DNA from: Cupriavidus necator
GTDB lineage: Bacteria; Pseudomonadota; Gammaproteobacteria; Burkholderiales; Burkholderiaceae
Length of the DNA stretch: 32,000 nucleotides
Direction of reading: 5' to 3'
NCBI RefSeq assembly: GCF_016127575.1
Contig: NZ_CP066019.1
Coordinates: 1,800,001-1,832,000, forward strand
The position numbers and the translations under genes were made by a program. Shown in pieces: positions 17,094 through 32,000 of the stretch. Under the pieces are notes generated by a model. The model searched no databases. It had not been told where the DNA came from and saw only the letters and a program-made list of their open reading frames with translations. Each line of letters opens with the position of its first letter. Position 1 is the first letter of the stretch.

Positions 17094-17119
17094 TCATATT
17101 GCTTTGTATGGGCGATACC

Positions 17120-18520
17120 TCAGTGCGTGCCGGCGTGCGCGACGCGCGCGGGGCGGCTGCGAGGCGGCTCGGCCTCCATGGCGCATGCCGCACCCGCCCG
17201 GTTGCCCAGCACGGCGGCCGCAATCTCTTGCGCGCGCACCGCCAGCACCGACAGCAGCGTGTCCGACAAGCCGTGCGTCGCTTCGCAGCAGCCCTGCAGG
17301 AATACGCCCGCCTGGCAGCCCGGCGCCATCTGCAGCCGGTAGTCGCGGTCGGCCTGGAAGCCCTTGGCGTCGTCCAGGTAGGACGCCAGCGGCGCCAGCA
17401 GCGACTGGTGCAGCTCGCGCCGATAGCCCGTGGCGAGGATGACCGCGTCATAGCGCTGCAACTGATGCGCGCCATCGTCACGCCGCGCAATGTCCAGCCG
17501 CACGCCGTCGGCATCGGCCTCGGCATGGCGGGCCTCGCTGCCGGCCAGCAGGCGGTGGCGCACCTTGCCGGTGACCTTCTGCTGGTACAGCACCTCGTAA
17601 ATGGCTTCGATCAGGTCGGTATCGACCACCGCGTAGTTGGTATTACCGAACTCGCGCAGCAGTTGCTCGCGCTCAGTCGCCTCGCGCGAGAACAGGTAGT
17701 CGATATAGCGCGGGTTGAAGATCTCGTTGACGAAGGGGCTGTCGTCGGCCGGCTTGAGCGCCGGCACACGGCTGACCAGGTCGACCGCAATGCCGCCTTC
17801 GCGGCCATGCAGGTCCAGGAAAATCTCGGCGGCGCTCTGGCCCGAACCAATTACTGCCACGCGCCGCACGGGCGCTGTGCGCTCCAGCCGCTCCAGCGAC
17901 TCGAGGTACGACGACGAATGGAACACCCGCGGGTGGCCCCGCAGCGGCACGAAGGCGTCCGGAATGCTGGGCGCGCCGCCGACGCTGACCACCACGTTGC
18001 GCGCGCGGCGCTCGGTCAGCGCCCCTTCCGCCGTGCGCGAGGTCACGCGCAGGCAGGCCAGATCGCCATTGCCGCCGGCGGGCTCGGGCGCGACCGAAAC
18101 CACTTCCTCGCCGTAGTGACAGGCGTCGGCAAAATCACCCGCCACCCAGGACAGGTAGTCGTTGAACTCGTAGCGGCTGGGATAGAAGGTGCGGGTGTTG
18201 ATGAAGTCCAGCAGCCGCTCGCGCTCGTGCAGGTAGTTGATGAAGGTATAGCGGCTGGCCGGATTGCGCATCGTGACCAGGTCCTTCAGGAACGAGATCT
18301 GCATGCGGCTGTTGTCGAGCAGCATATTGCCGTGCCAGACGAAGCCCGGTTTCTTCTCGACAAAGCCGAAGCGGAACGGTGCCTGCTGCGGCAGCATTTC
18401 GCGCAGGGCCACTGCCAGCGCGAGGTTGGAAGGCCCGAAGCCGATGCCCAGCAGGTCGAGCACGGGCCCTGCACCGGCATCGGTGCCGTGGGCGGCGAAG
18501 GTGGAAGCGGAATAGAGCAT
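17120..18520 (-). CDS. L-ornithine/L-lysine N-hydroxylase (PvdA/IucD-type flavin monooxygenase)
   Basis: FAD motif LLGIGFGPSNLALAVAL, NADPH motif VIGSGQSAAEIFLDL, and VILATGYRRE. ATG 18520 has AAGGAGAG upstream. Confidence 0.9.
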   Translation of the reverse strand: MLYSASTFAAHGTDAGAGPVLDLLGIGFGPSNLALAVALREMLPQQAPFRFGFVEKKPGFVWHGNMLLDNSRMQISFLKDLVTMRNPASRYTFINYLHERERLLDFINTRTFYPSRYEFNDYLSWVAGDFADACHYGEEVVSVAPEPAGGNGDLACLRVTSRTAEGALTERRARNVVVSVGGAPSIPDAFVPLRGHPRVFHSSSYLESLERLERTAPVRRVAVIGSGQSAAEIFLDLHGREGGIAVDLVSRVPALKPADDSPFVNEIFNPRYIDYLFSREATEREQLLREFGNTNYAVVDTDLIEAIYEVLYQQKVTGKVRHRLLAGSEARHAEADADGVRLDIARRDDGAHQLQRYDAVILATGYRRELHQSLLAPLASYLDDAKGFQADRDYRLQMAPGCQAGVFLQGCCEATHGLSDTLLSVLAVRAQEIAAAVLGNRAGAACAMEAEPPRSRPARVAHAGTH

Positions 18521-18542
18521 GGTCTCTCCTTGCGCGGCTGGC

Positions 18543-19679
18543 TCAGGCCGCCAGCGCGGTCGGTTCTGCACCGGACAGCTGCGCCTGCCCGTCGTCCTGC
18601 GGCACCCACAGGCGCTCGCCGAAGAAGCGTTCGCGCAGCAGCATCACCAGCATGGCGCGCTTGTGCGGGAAGTCGAAGGCCTTGACCTTGGCAAACCCGG
18701 AACGGTCCAGGTTGCGGATCTGCTGCACATGATCGATGCGGGGCTCGCCGACGATGCGCTGCGTGCGCGGGTCGTCCAGGAACATGTAGTGCATCAGCGA
18801 CGGCAGCCAGGCGCTGATATACGCCTTGCCACGGATCTCGCCGTCGCCGATCAGCACGTGCCAGCCGCGGTCGAAGTCGTCGACGTCGTAGTAGGGGCCG
18901 ATGCGGTTCTCCTTGGCCCAGTACACCTCGAAGTACGCGAACGGCTTGCCGTCCAGGCAGCCGATCAGCGGGATGGTGTGCGGGTCGGCCAGCTGTGCCG
19001 ACAGGTAATCGCGATGCTTTTCCAGATCGCCTTCTTCCTCCCAGAACGCCGCCACGCGCGGATCGTTCATCCAGCCGTGGAAGCACGCCAGGTCGGCATC
19101 GAGATCGGCCACCCGCATCGAGAACACCTGGCCGAGCCACGGGATATGGCGTGCATAGACCTGGCCCGACGGCTTGGGCGCGCGCAGCGGATGGCGCCGG
19201 CCCTGGGTCATCGCGTATTGCAGCGGATAGTCGCGGCCCGAGGTGCCGGTGTGCCACAGCGCCGGCAGTTGCCAGAGCTGCTCGACGCGCGTCACCAGCT
19301 CGCCGCCGGCCGCGCGCGTGGCGCTGCCCTCGCGCAGCATTGCGTTGGCGATGGCATCGGGCAGGTCCAGCGCGATTGCCTGCGTCGCGGGGGTGCGCGC
19401 CAGCACCGCCTCGCAGGCGGCAAAGGTCGCGGCGCGCGCCAGCGGATGGACCGGGTCGGTATCGGCAAGTGCCAGCCGCGGCTGGGTGCCGGGCGTAAAC
19501 TGCCAGGCCTGCAGCGGCGTGCCGTCGAGGCTTAGCTGCAGCGCGCAGCCATCCCAGCGGCTCTGCAGGGTGAGGCTCGTCGCGGACAACCAGGGCTGGC
19601 TCGCGATCGCGTGGGTCATCAAAGGCGCGGCATTGCTTTGCATGTGAACTGACTCCCTGTCTGTGTTGGCGCGCGTCAT
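18543..19679 (-). CDS. Siderophore N-hydroxyamine N-acyltransferase (IucB/OrbK-like GNAT, Acetyltransf_8 type)
   Basis: The C-terminal half FHGWMNDPRVAAFWEEEGDLEKHRDYL...YFEVYWAKENRIG...DRGWHVLIGD...IVGEPRIDHVQQIRNLDRSGF is IucB-family. ATG 19679 overlaps the ABC gene stop (ATGA). ATG 19643 is the alternative. Confidence 0.85.
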   Translation of the reverse strand: MTRANTDRESVHMQSNAAPLMTHAIASQPWLSATSLTLQSRWDGCALQLSLDGTPLQAWQFTPGTQPRLALADTDPVHPLARAATFAACEAVLARTPATQAIALDLPDAIANAMLREGSATRAAGGELVTRVEQLWQLPALWHTGTSGRDYPLQYAMTQGRRHPLRAPKPSGQVYARHIPWLGQVFSMRVADLDADLACFHGWMNDPRVAAFWEEEGDLEKHRDYLSAQLADPHTIPLIGCLDGKPFAYFEVYWAKENRIGPYYDVDDFDRGWHVLIGDGEIRGKAYISAWLPSLMHYMFLDDPRTQRIVGEPRIDHVQQIRNLDRSGFAKVKAFDFPHKRAMLVMLLRERFFGERLWVPQDDGQAQLSGAEPTALAA

Positions 19680-21354
19680 GCGGCGGCCTGATGGTCGGTC
19701 TGGCCGGCCGCGGCGGGGGCGGCGGCGCTGTCGGTGGCGCTGTCGGCGCGGATCACGCCGCTGTCGGCGCCGATCACGCGGTCGGCCACGTGGAAATAGC
19801 GGTCGTCATGGCTGACCGCGACAATGGTCTTGCCGCTGCGCTTGAGCTCCGGCAGCAGCGATTCATAGAAATAGGCGCGGAACACGGGATCCTGGTCGGC
19901 TGCCCATTCGTCGAGCAGCAGCACCGGGCGCGCCTCGACATAAGCCGCCAGCAGCGCCAGCCGCTTGCGTTGCCCCTGCGACAGCTGCGTGGTCGACAGC
20001 AGGTCATCGCGGATGGCGACCTTGTGGTCCATGTGCAGCCGCTTCAGGAAAGCATTGGCCACCGCGGCGTCGAAGCGCCCGTCCGGGCCGACCAGCCGCG
20101 CGAACAGATGGGCGTTGGAGAACACCGTGGCGAAATGGCTGCGATACCAGGGCAGCTCGGCGGTGCCCACCGGCCGGTCGCCGAGCGCTATGCTGCCGGC
20201 GCTCGGCTGGTACAGGCCCGCCAGCAGCTTCATCAGCGTGGACTTGCCGCTGCCGTTGCCGCCGACGATAAAGACCGTCTCGCCGGCGGACAGCGTCAGC
20301 GACACGGGGCCGAGGCGGAAGCCGCGCTCGTCGCCCTGGCCGGGATAGTCGTAGCGCACGTCCTGCAGCGTGATCAGCGGCGTGCCCGGCGCGGGCGGTG
20401 CAGCGGCGGTATTGGTCGAATGCAGCGCGAAATCCTCCGTGTACGGCGCCAGCCGCAGCGTCTCGATCTTGCGCAGCGCGACGTTGCCGGTCATCAGGAT
20501 CGGCAGCGTGCCGACCAGGTCGTTCAGCGGCATGCGCAGGAACATCAGCACCAGCACGAAGGCGGTGATGCGCTCGCGCCCAATACCCAGCGCATCGCCG
20601 GCGATAAAGATCGCGCACGCCACCCCCAGGATCAGCGTCGCGGTGAACGACAGGCTCAGCACCCAGTAGCGGTCGGCGCGCACCTCATGTGCGCGCGCAA
20701 ACTCCGCGGCGGGCTCGAAGTCGCGCTGGTAGAAGCTCTGCTTGCGCCAGGCATTGAGCGCCAGTTCGTAGCGGCCATCAATCGCGCCCTGGTAGCCGGC
20801 GTAGAGCCGGTCGTCGGTATCGCGCACCGCCTTCATCAGGGTGCGCATGCGCAGCACCCAGCGCTGCGCCAGCAGCACGCCTGCGCCCAGCACCGCGGCA
20901 CCGAGCACGAACAGCTGCCACGACAGCCAGCCCAGGTACAGCAGCCCGCCCAGCACCAGCACGCCGTTGTAGAACACGAACGGCACGCGGTTGAAGGCCA
21001 TGCCGATCGAGGCGATGTCCTTGGTCAGCGTGGCATAGACGGTCGGGCCGCCGATCGCTTCCAGGCGCTCCACGTCGGTATCGAGCACGCGCTTGAGCAT
21101 GCGCAGCCGCATGTCGTACACCACGCGGTGGCCCAGCGCGGTCAGCAGCGCCTGCGAGCCGAAGCCGCAGCCGAACAGCACCGCCAGCAGGCCCAGCAGC
21201 ACGCCGATGCGCCCCGCTTCCAGCGCCGCCGGCGCGGCGATCATGCGGTTGATCTCGGCAATCAGCGCGATGCCGGCGAGCGCGCTGCAGGTGCCCGCGG
21301 CCAGCGCCAACAGCAGGAGGCCGCCGAAGCGGCGGCGCAATGAGAGGAACAGAT

Positions 21355-21358
<4 letters not shown>
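19676..21358 (-). CDS. Fused TMD-NBD ABC transporter of the cyclic-peptide/siderophore exporter type (PvdE/SyrD-like)
   Basis: Six N-terminal helices, Walker A GGNGSGKST, signature LSQGQRKRL, Walker B LLLDEWAADQD. The GTG start at 21358 overlaps the NRPS stop (GTGA). Confidence 0.85.
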
Positions 21359-24582
<3,224 letters not shown>

Positions 24583-24752
24583 TGGGTCTCCTCGGGAGCC
24601 GCGAGGCAGCCATTGCTGGCCTGGCTGCCACCGCGCGCATGGCCTTGCCGCGCGAACGGCAAGGCCAGGACCGCCCCGCAGCCGCGGCCATGCTGCGACT
24701 GACTGGCAAGGGGGCGCCCAGGTGCGAGATTGTCTTTACAAAGCGAATTGCG

Positions 24753-24782
24753 AATATACCTGATAATCATTCTCATTTTCAA
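24753..24782 (-). promoter_or_regulatory. Sigma70-type promoter for the NRPS/export/tailoring operon
   Basis: On the minus strand: TTGAAA (24782-24777), 17 nt, GTATAT (24759-24754), or 18 nt then TATATT. The leader to the ATG at 24582 is about 165 nt. Confidence 0.5.
24761..24779. promoter_or_regulatory. Fur box
   Basis: TGATAATCATTCTCATTTT. The 19-mer ATACCTGATAATCATTCTC (24755-24773) matches GATAATGATAATCATTATC at 13 of 19 positions, including 11 contiguous. It fills the promoter spacer in the only AT-rich patch of the divergent intergenic region. Confidence 0.65.
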
Positions 24783-24832
24783 CAAAGAAAAGGCGTTGAC
24801 TGCATATCCGCAACGCCGTACGGGGCTGCCTC

Positions 24833-25588
24833 TTGTTTCCGTTACCGATCCTGCTTGCACTGTTTCCCGAGCCGCTGCGTCACTACGCCGAGGCCGTACG
24901 CATCGGCCCCACGACGTCCGATGACGTCATGCCCGCCGCGCTCATGTCCGCGCCGGCGGGCCGCGCCCCACTACGGCAGGCGCTTCACGCCATGGCCGTC
25001 CACTACGGTGGCGACGATGCGCGCGTGGCCGGCTCGGTCTGGGCGCGGCATTGCTTCTCCGCGCTGCTGCCTGGCACGGTGGCCGCCGCGGCGCTGGCGC
25101 ACCACGTGCTGCCCTTGCGCGACACGGCCATCCGGCCCGATCGGCACGGCCGCGCCGTGACGTTGCTGCTGCCACACGCTGGCCAGAGGTTTGCCGGCGC
25201 GCCGCCGCAGCAGCGTTACGGCGCCCTGCTGGACGACCTGCTGTCACCGCTGATCGAAGCGCTGGCAGCGGCCAGCGGCGCGTCGCCGCGCCTGCTGTGG
25301 GCCAATGCCGGCGCTGTCGTCGCCGAGGTATTGCGCCACGCGCCCGCCCTGCTGCAGCCGGATATGCCGGCCACGGACGCCACGCTGGCGGCCGACGCGG
25401 CCTGGCTGATGGACACCCGCACCCGCCCCGACGGCCGCGACAACCCGCTGCATGCGCCGATGCGCGCGCACCGCGTGACGCAGGACGGCACCACCACCAC
25501 GCTGTGGCTGCGCCGGCTGTGTTGCCTGCGCTACCGCTTGCCGGCCTTCACGCTGTGCGGCGACTGCCCGCGCCGCCTGCTGCGGTAA
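24833..25588 (+). CDS. FhuF-like ferric-siderophore reductase (C-terminal 2Fe-2S motif)
   Basis: The C-terminal CCLRYRLPAFTLCGDCP fits the C-C-x10-C-x2-C FhuF motif. The N-terminal LFPEPLRHYAEAV is family-like. The start is uncertain: TTG 24833 or in-frame ATG 24929. Confidence 0.7.
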   Translation: MFPLPILLALFPEPLRHYAEAVRIGPTTSDDVMPAALMSAPAGRAPLRQALHAMAVHYGGDDARVAGSVWARHCFSALLPGTVAAAALAHHVLPLRDTAIRPDRHGRAVTLLLPHAGQRFAGAPPQQRYGALLDDLLSPLIEALAAASGASPRLLWANAGAVVAEVLRHAPALLQPDMPATDATLAADAAWLMDTRTRPDGRDNPLHAPMRAHRVTQDGTTTTLWLRRLCCLRYRLPAFTLCGDCPRRLLR

Positions 25589-25600
25589 AGCCGTCGGCAC

Positions 25601-31627
<6,027 letters not shown>

Positions 31628-31664
31628 GGGAGCGGTATCACGGTCAATGGATATCGGGGAGCGC

Positions 31665-32000
31665 TCAGGCGGCCACGGCAGCCTGCGGCGCCGCATTCAG
31701 CGCGGTGAGCGCGCGCGCGTCGAGTTCGCCCGCCGTCTCGCCGTGTTCACGCACGGCCGCGGCCAGCGCGTGGGCAGTCGGGCGGTCGAACACCACGCCC
31801 GGCGCGATCTCCACCTGCAGGCGCCGGCGCAGCCGCGCCACCAGCTTGATCACCAGCAGCGAATGGCCGCCGAGCGCGAAGAAGTCGGCGTGCGGGTCGA
31901 CCCGCTCCTGCTCCAGCAGTTCGGCCATCAGCGCGCAGACCAGGGTCTCCACGGCATCCGCGGATGCCGTGGCAGCTTGCGGCGCCGCTGCGGCAATGTC
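31665..32000 (-). CDS. C-terminal end (carrier domain) of a further upstream NRPS; 5' part lies outside the window
   Basis: The frame is open to the window edge (DIAAAAPQAATASADAVETLV...). T-domain core DFFALGGHSLLVIKL. TGA stop at 31665-31667. Confidence 0.85.
   Translation of the reverse strand, partial: DIAAAAPQAATASADAVETLVCALMAELLEQERVDPHADFFALGGHSLLVIKLVARLRRRLQVEIAPGVVFDRPTAHALAAAVREHGETAGELDARALTALNAAPQAAVAA

Noticed and set aside
14861-18685. 1274-aa ORF on the + strand, plus similar long ORFs at 21340-24702, 27935-31624, 19691-21343, 12869-14569, 7213-9006, 6407-7606, 123-1643 and 11198-12682
   Set aside because: All lie antisense to genes with unmistakable family motifs. Their translations are Arg/Ala/Gly/Pro-rich low-complexity strings. 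Stop-poor antisense frames are expected in DNA this GC-rich.

Overview
GC-rich window that looks like a Burkholderiales chromosome (Cupriavidus/Ralstonia-like). That assignment is inferred from protein sequences only. I found no rRNA, tRNA, CRISPR array or mobile element. There are four blocks. (1) 1-6148 (+) is the 3' end of an aryl-polyene/xanthomonadin-type lipid cluster: LolA-like protein, MMPL exporter, NodB deacetylase, KS, a KS-like partner without the catalytic Cys, and a hot-dog dehydratase. (2) 6155-8874 (-) is the homogentisate operon hmgA-fahA, with a readable sigma70 promoter and CGTAAT repeats upstream. (3) 9382-12256 holds an XRE regulator, a probably leaderless TetR regulator with a palindromic operator, an alpha/beta hydrolase and a small DUF2917-like protein. 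(4) 12385-32000 (mostly -) is the main item: a Fur-box-controlled, hydroxamate-type NRPS siderophore locus. Its genes are three NRPS genes (one truncated by the window edge), a PvdE-like ABC exporter, an IucB-like N-acyltransferase, an ornithine/lysine N-hydroxylase, a TonB-dependent receptor, a DUF3649/PepSY(FoxB-like)/DUF3325 membrane operon and a divergent FhuF-like reductase. The NRPS domain order is non-canonical. One protein is C-A-T-E-C and ends in a condensation domain. The next is C-A-T with no TE, R or terminal C domain. The product cannot be assigned from sequence, so this is the best candidate here for an undescribed system. Many long ORFs antisense to real genes are GC artefacts and were rejected.
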